A stretch of 51,561 bases of DNA from a bacterium (lineage in GTDB: Bacteria; Oederibacteriota; PGYV01; Palsa-1178). The stretch is from contig JBAXIL010000007.1 in NCBI GenBank assembly GCA_037138355.1, positions 1 to 51,561 of the forward strand, given 5' to 3'. The notes under the pieces are model-generated. The model worked only from the letters and a program-made list of their open reading frames with translations, was not told where the DNA came from and searched no databases. Position numbers and translations under genes: made by a program. Positions 1 to 8,338 of the stretch are shown in pieces. Within the stretch, counting starts at the first letter, position 1. Each line of letters begins with the position of its first letter.

Positions 1-285
1 CTCTCACCTATCTAATTTCTACTTTCTCCATTTTTTCGGAACGAAAAAATGGTGGGGGCAAGCCCCCTCTCTACGGTTTTTATTGTTTTTCGTTATGATT
101 TCGTAATTTCCCCATTTAATCTTTCTGGGGTGGCTCTATCTACTCTCACCTATCTAATTTCTACTTTCTCCATTTTTTCGGTGTAGTTTCGTACTATTTA
201 CATTTTATCTTTCCAGTATTGTACTGTCTACTCTCACCTATCTAATTTCTACTTTCTCCATTTTTTCGGAACGAAAAAATGGTGG
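1..285. repeat. Direct repeats of the tRNA-Ala 3' trailer: three copies of a 39-43 bp core
   Basis: CTCTCACCTATCTAATTTCTACTTTCTCCATTTTTTCGG is identical at 1-39, 143-181 and 231-269. Copies 2 and 3 share 43 bp (139-181 and 227-269). Positions 1-55 equal 231-285. The first copy is cut by the window edge. Confidence 0.95.
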
Positions 286-355
286 AGCAGATCGGGATTG
301 AACCGACGACCCTCAGACTGCCAGCCTGATGCTCTCCCAGCTGAGCTACTGCCCC
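280..355 (-). tRNA. tRNA-Ala (anticodon GGC)
   Basis: Reverse complement is GGGGCAGTAGCTCAGCTGGGAGAGCATCAGGCTGGCAGTCTGAGGGTCGTCGGTTCAATCCCGATCTGCTCCACCA: 76 nt, cloverleaf, anticodon loop CT-GGC-AG, GTTCAA T-loop, G3:U70 Ala identity pair, encoded CCA. Confidence 0.98.
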
Positions 356-467
356 ACTATTCAAGACTATTACAATATGTTACGGGCAAAAACAATTTTA
401 CATTATACGGTTTTTTAAAGCAACAATAAAATTTGATTTTGTCTTTCGGATTTGATAAAAAATAAAA

Positions 468-803
468 CTATTTTTGAATTTGTACTTTATCTTTGAGTTT
501 TAATTTAAAAAGCTTTATGGAACCTGCTTTCATTTCTAAAGTAGCTTTTGCTTTAAAACATATTATTATTTTCCACGGTCTTATTTTTTCTCGCAAAAAA
601 ACTATCTTGTCATTTATGTCAGTCATTATCACATCTATCGGCATTTTCATAAAACAAGTATGTATGGCATTACAGAAAGGAAAATAAACAAATAAGTGTT
701 GCGAGATTATTTTTCTTCCCATAAGTCCCATAAACTTTTCATAAAAAGACGAAGCCGTCTTTAGCTTCACGCGCATTAGCTTTCCATTTTTAAATAGCTT
801 CAC
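468..803 (-). CDS. DUF192 family protein
   Basis: Motifs 'ASSFYEKFMGLMGR', 'IHTCFMKMPIDVI' and 'LEMKAG'. This family often sits beside tad genes. Confidence 0.85.
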   Translation of the reverse strand: MKLFKNGKLMRVKLKTASSFYEKFMGLMGRKIISQHLFVYFPFCNAIHTCFMKMPIDVIMTDINDKIVFLREKIRPWKIIICFKAKATLEMKAGSIKLFKLKLKDKVQIQK

Positions 804-820
804 TTCAATCCGCCACTATT

Positions 821-1678
821 TTAAAAACCCTGCATTAATTTTATAACAATCGGAGTGAAAAGAACTATGAAGATAACAGGAAAAATAAAAAGCATAAGCG
901 GGATTAGTAGCTTAACTGGTGCTTCGTGAGCTTTTTTCTTTAAATACTGAAACCTTTTTTGCCGTATTTCTATTGCCTGATTCCTTATTATTTCCCTAAT
1001 GTTTCCGCCGCTCTTATCCGCCTGTATAAAGGCATTTACAAAGCCAGACAGTTCTCTAACTGACATTTTTTCATTTAGTTCAGACAGAGCGGCACTAAAG
1101 CTCTTTCCTAACTGCGTTTTTCTTATCACTATCATGAGTTCAGCAGAGAAAACACCCTTAATACGAGAGCAATACCTCGCCATTGCCTGATTAACAGATA
1201 AACCACCCTCTATATTCGCGCCTATTATATCAAAAGCATCTGGCATTTCTATGAGAATTGTATTTTGTTTATTCCTTATTTTTTCTCTTAATATGAGTTT
1301 TGGAAGGAAAAACCCAAATATAGCCACACCAATACTTATCAACCAATCGCCACAAATAACAAAGGTCAAAAGCCCTAAAACAATAACAGTCAACTGTTCT
1401 AAAAATAAAAAATACTCAGGTGTGATTTTATCTTCATGGTTTATTTTTTTTAGCAGTGTAATTATATTGTCATATCTTTTATTCTTAACTACTTTTTGAT
1501 TTATTTTAATTATGTAGGTTTTAAGATATATAAACACTTCTTTAATTTTTTTGCGGATTTCTATTGTATTATGTCCTGAAAGAGCTCTTATTGTTTTTTG
1601 TCTATAACTAATAAGTGCCACCGCACCAACAAATGATGCAATAGAAATAAATAATAATAAAGCAAATAAAATTTTCAT
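821..1678 (-). CDS. tadC: Tad pilus membrane platform protein TadC (T2SS F family)
   Basis: Motifs 'MPDAFDIIGANIEGGLS', 'IQADKSGGNI' and 'APVKLLIPLMLFIFP'. Follows a TadB-like gene. Confidence 0.85.
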   Translation of the reverse strand: MKILFALLLFISIASFVGAVALISYRQKTIRALSGHNTIEIRKKIKEVFIYLKTYIIKINQKVVKNKRYDNIITLLKKINHEDKITPEYFLFLEQLTVIVLGLLTFVICGDWLISIGVAIFGFFLPKLILREKIRNKQNTILIEMPDAFDIIGANIEGGLSVNQAMARYCSRIKGVFSAELMIVIRKTQLGKSFSAALSELNEKMSVRELSGFVNAFIQADKSGGNIREIIRNQAIEIRQKRFQYLKKKAHEAPVKLLIPLMLFIFPVIFIVLFTPIVIKLMQGF

Positions 1679-1705
1679 CTTCCCCCCTATATTTTCTAAA
1701 ACGAC

Positions 1706-2542
1706 TTACTTTACATTTACTATCTTCATTATTATAATAGCACCTGTTATTTCCATAAGCACTGCCACTACAAGCGCTGTCAAACCTATGGTTGTATTAA
1801 AAAGCGGTGCCATATATGACGGATCCATAATAGAAATAACGATTATCATAAACACAGGCAGTAAGCCCACAATAATTCCTGACAAAACACCCTGCGAAGT
1901 TAAGGTTTTGACTTCCCGTCCGAGCTCTTCTCTTTTCCTTATAGTATCTAATATAGTGGCTAACACTTCTGTTATGTTTCCGCCTGTTTCTAAAGCAGTA
2001 TTCACCGCGGAAATAATAATTTCGTTTTCTTTCAATGGAATCTTTTCAGCAAGTTCTATAAGCGCGTCTTGTAAGCTCTTCCCCAACTCAACCTTCTTTA
2101 AAACCTGTAATATCTCAATACCTATAGGGCTTTTATCCATAACAGCAAACTGCGCTAATGCCTTGACTATACTCAAACCTGCCTTTAAACCCGATATAAC
2201 TGCCTCTAAAAAACCTGTCAGTCCCAGATAGTACTGCCTTATATATTTTTTTCTTTCATACGCTTCGTGGATTTTAGGAATAAAAAATAAAACTGGCAAA
2301 GATAAAATAAATATTAGCCACTGACGAGTTATTATCACACTTACGATAGTGAGCAGTATAGCCGCTATCTCAAGTTTTAATATGGCGCTGGATTTTATGC
2401 CTGTGAGACTTGATTTAATAAGGAGGTTTAGTTTTTCTTTATATATTTTGATTTTTGACAGAAGATATGACTTGATTGACTTATGATAGTAAACGCTTAT
2501 TGTGACTGAAAGAAAAATCAGAAAAGCAGATATGATTTTCAT
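1706..2542 (-). CDS. tadB: Tad pilus membrane platform protein TadB (T2SS F family)
   Basis: Motifs 'LKAGLSI', 'ETGGNITEVL', 'REVKTLTSQGVLSG', 'LPVF' and 'PSYMAPLF'. Confidence 0.85.
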   Translation of the reverse strand: MKIISAFLIFLSVTISVYYHKSIKSYLLSKIKIYKEKLNLLIKSSLTGIKSSAILKLEIAAILLTIVSVIITRQWLIFILSLPVLFFIPKIHEAYERKKYIRQYYLGLTGFLEAVISGLKAGLSIVKALAQFAVMDKSPIGIEILQVLKKVELGKSLQDALIELAEKIPLKENEIIISAVNTALETGGNITEVLATILDTIRKREELGREVKTLTSQGVLSGIIVGLLPVFMIIVISIMDPSYMAPLFNTTIGLTALVVAVLMEITGAIIIMKIVNVK

Positions 2543-2545
2543 ACT

Positions 2546-3541
2546 TTAAAACTGTTTGAGGAACCTCAAGTCATTTTCGAAGAATAGCCGCATATCATCA
2601 ACTTGATATTTTAATATAGCTATTCTTTCGACTCCCATACCGAAAGCAAATCCGGTGTAAACTTCGGGATCAATCCTAACGGCCCTCAATACGTTAGGAT
2701 GAATCATTCCTGCCCCTAATATTTCTAACCAGCCAGTATGTTTACAAACATTGCAGCCCTTGCCGCGGCAATTCACACACTGAACATCTACTTCTGCTGA
2801 TGGTTCTGTAAATGGAAAAAAGCTCGGTCTGAACCTTGTTTTTAAATCAGCCCCGAACATTTCTTTAGTAAATAAGTCCAAAACACCTTTTAAATCACTA
2901 AACTTAATGTTTTTATCAACCATAAAGCCTTCTACCTGATGAAAAACAGTAGAATGTGAAGCATCTATGGCATCTCTGCGATAAACCCGTCCTGGTGCGA
3001 TTATTCTAAGTGGTGGTGCATATTTCTCCATAGTTCTCACCTGTATAGGAGAAGTATGCGTTCTTAAAAGGTATTCATCATTAATATGGAAAGTGTCGTG
3101 CATATCACGAGCAGGATGTTCTGACGGAAAGTTCAAAGCAGTAAAGTTATAATAATCTTTTTCTATTTCTGGTCCTTCTTCTATAGAAAAACCCATGCGT
3201 GTGAATATAGATTTTATCTCGTCCATTGTTTTCGTAAGTGGGTGCAAGGTGCCTGTCGCTACATCATAAGCAGGCAGTGTGACATCCATGCCTTTTAGCT
3301 CTTCTGATTTTTTTAGGTGTAATAGGGCTGTTTCTTTTTCTGTAAAAAGTGTTTCCACAAAAACTTTCAGTTCATTTATCTGTCTGCCTGTTTCTTTTTT
3401 GTCCACTGCGTCTTTTAAATTAGAAAAAAGTTCGGTAACTAAACCTTTTTTTCCTATATATTTTGCTTTAAACTGTGTCAGCGCAACCATATCATTAACG
3501 CTTGCCGCATCTGCTGTAATTTGTTTTTTTAGATTTTCCAT
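2546..3541 (-). CDS. pheS: Phenylalanine-tRNA ligase alpha subunit
   Basis: Motifs 'HPARDMHDTF', 'LLRTHTSPIQ', 'FHQVEG', 'FPFTEPS' and 'GFAFGMGVERIA'. Confidence 0.98.
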   Translation of the reverse strand: MENLKKQITADAASVNDMVALTQFKAKYIGKKGLVTELFSNLKDAVDKKETGRQINELKVFVETLFTEKETALLHLKKSEELKGMDVTLPAYDVATGTLHPLTKTMDEIKSIFTRMGFSIEEGPEIEKDYYNFTALNFPSEHPARDMHDTFHINDEYLLRTHTSPIQVRTMEKYAPPLRIIAPGRVYRRDAIDASHSTVFHQVEGFMVDKNIKFSDLKGVLDLFTKEMFGADLKTRFRPSFFPFTEPSAEVDVQCVNCRGKGCNVCKHTGWLEILGAGMIHPNVLRAVRIDPEVYTGFAFGMGVERIAILKYQVDDMRLFFENDLRFLKQF

Positions 3542-3599
3542 ATCGTCCTTAAGTTTGTTCCATTTTTTTAATTCTTAAAACTCATCTCGTACAGGCATC

Positions 3600-3626
3600 A
3601 AAAAAATCCAGGTGTTTGCCCGGATT
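3600..3626 (-). terminator. Intrinsic terminator-like hairpin upstream of pheS
   Basis: Minus strand reads AATCCGGG-CAAACA-CCTGGATT followed by a T run. Confidence 0.6.
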
Positions 3627-3640
3627 ATTATATTACGACG

Positions 3641-3680
3641 AAATAATACTTTATATGGCTATTTTTGTAAAGTATTATTT
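3641..3680 (-). promoter_or_regulatory. Putative sigma70 promoter overlapped by a perfect 13-bp inverted repeat
   Basis: Minus strand TTTACA (3671-3666), 17 nt, TATTAT (3648-3643). Repeat arms AAATAATACTTTA (3641-3653) and TAAAGTATTATTT (3668-3680). Confidence 0.5.
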
Positions 3681-3830
3681 TTCTTCGTTGTTTTGTTGGG
3701 GTTTTTCGTCGTTTTCATTAACTATATTGTGCAAAAGATATGCACTAACCGAACCTGTTTGTTCAAAAACATCCCAAAAAGTATTGTCCTTATCTGAAAT
3801 GTTTTTATTTTTTTCTTGCGTTCTTTCCAT
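3675..3830 (-). CDS. YqzL-like small protein (51 aa), absent from the ORF track
   Basis: ATG at 3830 with GAGGTG RBS at 3846-3841. Translation MERTQEKNKNISDKDNTFWDVFEQTGSVSAYLLHNIVNENDEKPQQNNEEK. The W-x-x-F-x-x-T-G-x-x-x-x-Y-L-L core resembles YqzL. Confidence 0.75.
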   Translation of the reverse strand: MERTQEKNKNISDKDNTFWDVFEQTGSVSAYLLHNIVNENDEKPQQNNEEK

Positions 3831-3940
3831 AGCTTTAAATCACCTCGGTATTTGTTTATCAATAAAATTATAACACAGAAAATCATAAAGTCAAGAAAAG
3901 CAAAGGGTTTTTGGGTATTGAGATATTATAAAAAAAAGCT

Positions 3941-4714
3941 TTATATTTCTATTTCCAAACCATCAAAAGCAAGACTAATGCCTTCAGGTAATAGTTTATT
4001 TGTGGCATTATGTTCCAAAGCATGCGCTATGTGTGTAAAATAAGTTTTCTTTGCTTGTGCCTTTCTTGCTGTTTCTATCGCTTCATTCAGATTGAAGTGA
4101 GTTGGGTGTGTCTCGTGTCTAAGTGCGTTTAAAACGAGGACTTTCACGCCTTTAATCAAAGCAAGCGTTTCATCTGGCATATAAGAACAATCTGTTATAT
4201 ATGCAAAGTCCTTATTTACCAAAAACCCAGTTATCTGAAGCTCTCCGTGCTGGATTTTAAGCGGTTGAATAACTGTATTTTTAATTTTAAAAGTATTTTG
4301 TTTTATGATTTCAATCATTTCAATTTTAGGTTTGCCACCGCCTTCTTGCGTGTTTTTAAAAATATAAGAAAACCTGTTTAAAATCTCATTTTTTGTATTT
4401 CCATCAAGATATAATGGCACAGGTCCTGACTGCAATTCATTATATATTCTTATATCATCCAAACCTGCTATATGGTCTGCGTGACCATGAGACATTAAGA
4501 CAGCATCAAGCTTTGGTATTTTGTATTCAAGCGCTCTTAACCGAAACTCCGCAGGTGTATCTATGATAATATCAGTGCCACTGTCTTGAATCCACACCGA
4601 AGACCTGTATCTAATGTTTTTTTTATCCGTAGAAGTGCAGGTTGGACAAGTACAATTTAATAAAGGAACCCCGTGTGAAGTGCCTGTCCCGAGAAATTTG
4701 ATTTTCATATTCAC
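3941..4714 (-). CDS. MBL-fold metallo-hydrolase (PhnP/YycJ-like phosphodiesterase)
   Basis: Motifs 'FLGTGTSHGVP', CxCxxC, 'SHGHADHIAGLDD', 'YITDC' and 'FTHIAH'. Confidence 0.9.
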   Translation of the reverse strand: MNMKIKFLGTGTSHGVPLLNCTCPTCTSTDKKNIRYRSSVWIQDSGTDIIIDTPAEFRLRALEYKIPKLDAVLMSHGHADHIAGLDDIRIYNELQSGPVPLYLDGNTKNEILNRFSYIFKNTQEGGGKPKIEMIEIIKQNTFKIKNTVIQPLKIQHGELQITGFLVNKDFAYITDCSYMPDETLALIKGVKVLVLNALRHETHPTHFNLNEAIETARKAQAKKTYFTHIAHALEHNATNKLLPEGISLAFDGLEIEI

Positions 4715-5526
4715 CTTATGAAAAACACAAGTATTACACCACCAAGTATTAACCTATATATAACAAATGGGGTGAAAGTTTTTTTACTCACAAAATCAAG
4801 CAAGAACTTTATGGCTAATATTCCGGATATAAAAGCAGCAGCAAAACCAAGTATTATCAAAACCATATTATCTACAGGGCCTTCCTTCATGAATTTTTTT
4901 GCCTGCATTACAAAAGCACCTAAAACCACAGGTATAGAAAGCAAAAACGAGAACTCAGCAGCATCCTGTCTTTTGTAACCTGCAAATAATCCTGCTGTTA
5001 TGGTAATACCAGAACGCGAAATACCTGGAATTAAAGCAAACACCTGCGCAGTACCAATCATAAGTGCGTCTATAAGTTTTATATTTTGCATATCTTTTTG
5101 TTTTTTACCAAACTTATCTGCGAGCATAAGCACCAAACCAAAAACAATCAACATTCCTGCCATATAAATAGGAGCTCTGAAAGTACTTTCAATAATATCT
5201 CCAAACAAATATCCAACTACAACAGCAGGTATAGTCCCAGCTATAATATAAATACTTATTTTAAAATCACTTTCCTGTCTGTTTTTAGCCGAACTAATGC
5301 CTTGAAAGAAAGCAAATACAAGTTTGATAATTTTTTTTCTAAAGAAGATAAGCAATGCCGCGAGTGTTCCACCGTGCAAAGCCACATCATAAGCCACGGA
5401 CTTTAAAAGTTCTGAATTAACCCCAAATATTTTAGGATAAAGTGCCAAATGAGCGCTCGAAGACACTGGTAAAAACTCAGTTAAGCCCTGTATGATGCCC
5501 ATAACTATCGCATGTAAATAATCCAC
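4711..5526 (-). CDS. uppP: Undecaprenyl-diphosphate phosphatase BacA/UppP
   Basis: Motifs 'GIIQGLTEFLPVSSSAHL', 'PGISRSGITI' and 'AAEFSFLLSIP'. Confidence 0.97.
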   Translation of the reverse strand: MDYLHAIVMGIIQGLTEFLPVSSSAHLALYPKIFGVNSELLKSVAYDVALHGGTLAALLIFFRKKIIKLVFAFFQGISSAKNRQESDFKISIYIIAGTIPAVVVGYLFGDIIESTFRAPIYMAGMLIVFGLVLMLADKFGKKQKDMQNIKLIDALMIGTAQVFALIPGISRSGITITAGLFAGYKRQDAAEFSFLLSIPVVLGAFVMQAKKFMKEGPVDNMVLIILGFAAAFISGILAIKFLLDFVSKKTFTPFVIYRLILGGVILVFFIR

Positions 5527-5622
5527 ACTTGCCTCCTTATATATAGAGCGTTCTTTTGATTAGCTTAAATATACCTTATGTCTACCCTTTTTGCAATAAA
5601 GAGCTTTATAAATATGCAGAAA

Positions 5623-6975
5623 CTATATCTTCTTCTCTTTCCAACCGCCCCTTTTATACATTATCCAACCGGCAATTGCCTGAAATAGGAAAACCGATGC
5701 AATACCCCAGAAAATACCTTTTGGACCTATCAAAGCCAATCTTGTTAGAAGCAGAGCTGTCGGAATCTGAAAACCAAAAAACGCAATAGCGTTTATAACC
5801 ATAGGAGTATTGGTAGAACCCGCGCCATTAAAAGCCGCGCCTGTCAATAAACCAATTCCAAGTGCTAAATAGAAAGGAGATATTATCTGCAAATACTGAG
5901 TGCCGTAATTAACCACTTCTGGATTTGTTGTGAAGATAGACATTACCCAAGCAGGAAAATTAAAATAAATCATAAAACACGCAAAAGTAAAAATACTATA
6001 TATTTTCAAACCTGTAATAATTGTTTTTTCTGCCCTTTTCACATGCCCTGCTCCGAGATTATGACCAACCATAACCGCGGCAGAACCACCTATGGCCCAA
6101 CCCAACATCATTACAAAAACATCCAGTCGTGAACCTATCCCAAGTACTGCGAGAAGATTATCTCCGTAAGGGGCTGCAATTTTTAACATAACAAGCGAAG
6201 CAATGTTTGAAAGCAATCCTTGCGCCCATGCTGGAAGTGATATTTTAATAAAATCTACAAGAAAAGAAAAATCTAATTTTATATTTTTTAATTCTATCCT
6301 AAGCATGCCTTTTGTATTTGTTAAAATGAATATCATTATGAAAGTAGTCACCATATAGGACATAAGTCTTGCCATAGGTGCGCCTTGCAAACCCATATGT
6401 GGGAAACCCAGCCACCCATAAATAAATAAAGGTTCAAAAATAGTATTTAAAGCGATAGAGACGAACAATAAATAAAAATGCCTTTGTATGTAGCCGGTCG
6501 CGCGCAAAATAGCAAAAAAGATAAACAAACCGCTATCATTTAATATAGAGATAAGACATGTTAAAAAAATACTTTTTGCCAGAACCAGCGTCTCGCCCTT
6601 TGCGCCAAAAAATTGTAGTATCTGGTCTCTGAATATATAATGAAGCACCACATATACTAATGTAAGCATATAAGCAGTGAACATAGTGTTTATCAGGGTT
6701 TTCTTTAAGAGTCCGAAATCTTTTCTTCCACAGTAACGAGATGCCATCGCAATCGCGCCTGTCATAAGCCCGCCTGTCATGGACCAAAATGTAGCAAGTA
6801 TGAAACCTATTATGGATATGGCCGACTGTGCCTGCACGCCTATCTTGCCAAGCAGGAACATATCAAATATGGAAAAAAAGTTTTGCATAAGATTAGTTAT
6901 CAAAAGTGGTATGGCAAGATAAAGCAAATGCTTTGTCAAATCACCTTTTTCAAACTCTCTTGGAGATTCAGCCAT
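5623..6975 (-). CDS. MATE family transporter
   Basis: About 12 TM segments. 'LYLAIPLLITNLMQ...FDMFLLG', 'VGHNLGAG' and 'FNGAGSTNTPM'. Confidence 0.9.
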   Translation of the reverse strand: MAESPREFEKGDLTKHLLYLAIPLLITNLMQNFFSIFDMFLLGKIGVQAQSAISIIGFILATFWSMTGGLMTGAIAMASRYCGRKDFGLLKKTLINTMFTAYMLTLVYVVLHYIFRDQILQFFGAKGETLVLAKSIFLTCLISILNDSGLFIFFAILRATGYIQRHFYLLFVSIALNTIFEPLFIYGWLGFPHMGLQGAPMARLMSYMVTTFIMIFILTNTKGMLRIELKNIKLDFSFLVDFIKISLPAWAQGLLSNIASLVMLKIAAPYGDNLLAVLGIGSRLDVFVMMLGWAIGGSAAVMVGHNLGAGHVKRAEKTIITGLKIYSIFTFACFMIYFNFPAWVMSIFTTNPEVVNYGTQYLQIISPFYLALGIGLLTGAAFNGAGSTNTPMVINAIAFFGFQIPTALLLTRLALIGPKGIFWGIASVFLFQAIAGWIMYKRGGWKEKKI

Positions 6976-8307
6976 TTAAAGCTCCTTATTTATCCAACTT
7001 CCTTTATTATATAAAACTATATATATGAGAGCATATACTACCATAGAAACAGCTACCGCAATAAAGACTCCACTTTGTCCAATAAATGGCAATATAGGCA
7101 ACAAAAGTGCAAGTGGTATCCTAACTATTATAAATGAAATAAAAGTAACGACTGTGGGCGTCCCTGTAGAACCCGCACCGTTAAAAGCACTTTGTATATT
7201 TAAACCAGCACCAAAAAGTGGCAGGACAATTCCCATTAAACGCAAATAAAAAGTGCCGTATTGCAATACAATAGGATCACTGGTAAATAGTTGCAAAATG
7301 GGATTTGCGAAAATGAAAAAACAAATAGAAACTGGAACTGAAATATATCCAAAAACTTTTATGGTTTCTACAACCGTCTGCTTTGCCCTTTCCTTTATCT
7401 TCATTCCGAGATTTTGTCCTAATATAAGTCCGCCAGAGTTTCCTATAGGCCAACCGAACATAAGCAAAAAATATACAAGCCTACCGACTATGCCATATAC
7501 TACTATCATAGGATTACCAAAGACCGAAACGATTTTCAACATTGCCACAGTTCCTAAATCTCCAGTAAAGCCCTGTCCTATACTTTTCAGCGATAAAGCC
7601 GCATATTTTGACATAATTTTAAGGTCTATTTTAATATCTGATAGTTTTATCTTAAAGAAGTGAATTCCACGCGTAAAAACTATTATATAGTAAACTGCCG
7701 CGGCTGTATTCATAACGAGCCCTGATAGAGCCGCTCCTTTGACACCCAAATGCAATACCACTATGAAAATTGGATTAAGGACTATATTAAAGAACATCAT
7801 TACCATTATTACTTTAAGTGGTGTAACTGAATCTCCAGCACTTCTTAGAGCAGCCATCCCCACAGTATAAATAGAAAAAGGCAAAAATGATAAGAGCAGT
7901 ATTTTTATATAATCCGCAGACATAGTAAGTACTGTGCCTTGTGCACCGAAGAAAGTTAATATAGGATTCAGGAAAATAAATATTGTCAGAGAAAAAATTC
8001 CAAAAACAAAAGCTGCAAAAATAAACATTTGCACAAGCACACGATTAATCTCATCGTGTTTTTTTGCGCCAGCATGTCTTGAAATAATGGCTATGGCACC
8101 GTTAATCAAGCCACCGTGAACAGATAGATTAAGAGCAAAGACGCTTGACATAACTATAGATATGGCAGCAAGGGCTTCAAGTCCTATCCTGCCTAAAAGA
8201 AAAAGCTCAAAAACAGAAGCCAGATTTTGTATGAGATTTGCCAAGACCATAGGCCAAGACAGATGTATTATGTGTTCCTGTATATTGCCTTTATGAAAAT
8301 CCCTCAT
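6976..8307 (-). CDS. MATE family transporter
   Basis: 'HLSWPMVLANLIQ', 'LRSAGDSVTPL', 'LGVKGAAL' and 'GQNLG'. Tandem paralog abutting the next MATE gene. Confidence 0.9.
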   Translation of the reverse strand: MRDFHKGNIQEHIIHLSWPMVLANLIQNLASVFELFLLGRIGLEALAAISIVMSSVFALNLSVHGGLINGAIAIISRHAGAKKHDEINRVLVQMFIFAAFVFGIFSLTIFIFLNPILTFFGAQGTVLTMSADYIKILLLSFLPFSIYTVGMAALRSAGDSVTPLKVIMVMMFFNIVLNPIFIVVLHLGVKGAALSGLVMNTAAAVYYIIVFTRGIHFFKIKLSDIKIDLKIMSKYAALSLKSIGQGFTGDLGTVAMLKIVSVFGNPMIVVYGIVGRLVYFLLMFGWPIGNSGGLILGQNLGMKIKERAKQTVVETIKVFGYISVPVSICFFIFANPILQLFTSDPIVLQYGTFYLRLMGIVLPLFGAGLNIQSAFNGAGSTGTPTVVTFISFIIVRIPLALLLPILPFIGQSGVFIAVAVSMVVYALIYIVLYNKGSWINKEL

Positions 8308-8338
8308 AATTACCCTTTCGTATTAATGTTTTAGTACT

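Noticed and set aside
94..226. DGR-like template/variable repeat pair
   Set aside because: Mismatches between the two units are not adenine-specific on either strand, and no reverse transcriptase is present.
1..269. CRISPR array; the core contains TAATTTCTACT (13-23, 155-165, 243-253), matching the 5' half of Cas12a direct repeats
   Set aside because: The GTAGAT arm needed for the Cas12a stem does not follow. Spacing is irregular (142 and 88 bp), the spacers are homologous to each other, and there are no cas genes in the window.
3585..3630. c-di-GMP-I riboswitch or T-box upstream of pheS-tadBC (GGGCAAAC seen on the minus strand)
   Set aside because: The downstream GACGCAAAGC-type element and second stem are absent. 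There is no T-box consensus and the leader is too short.
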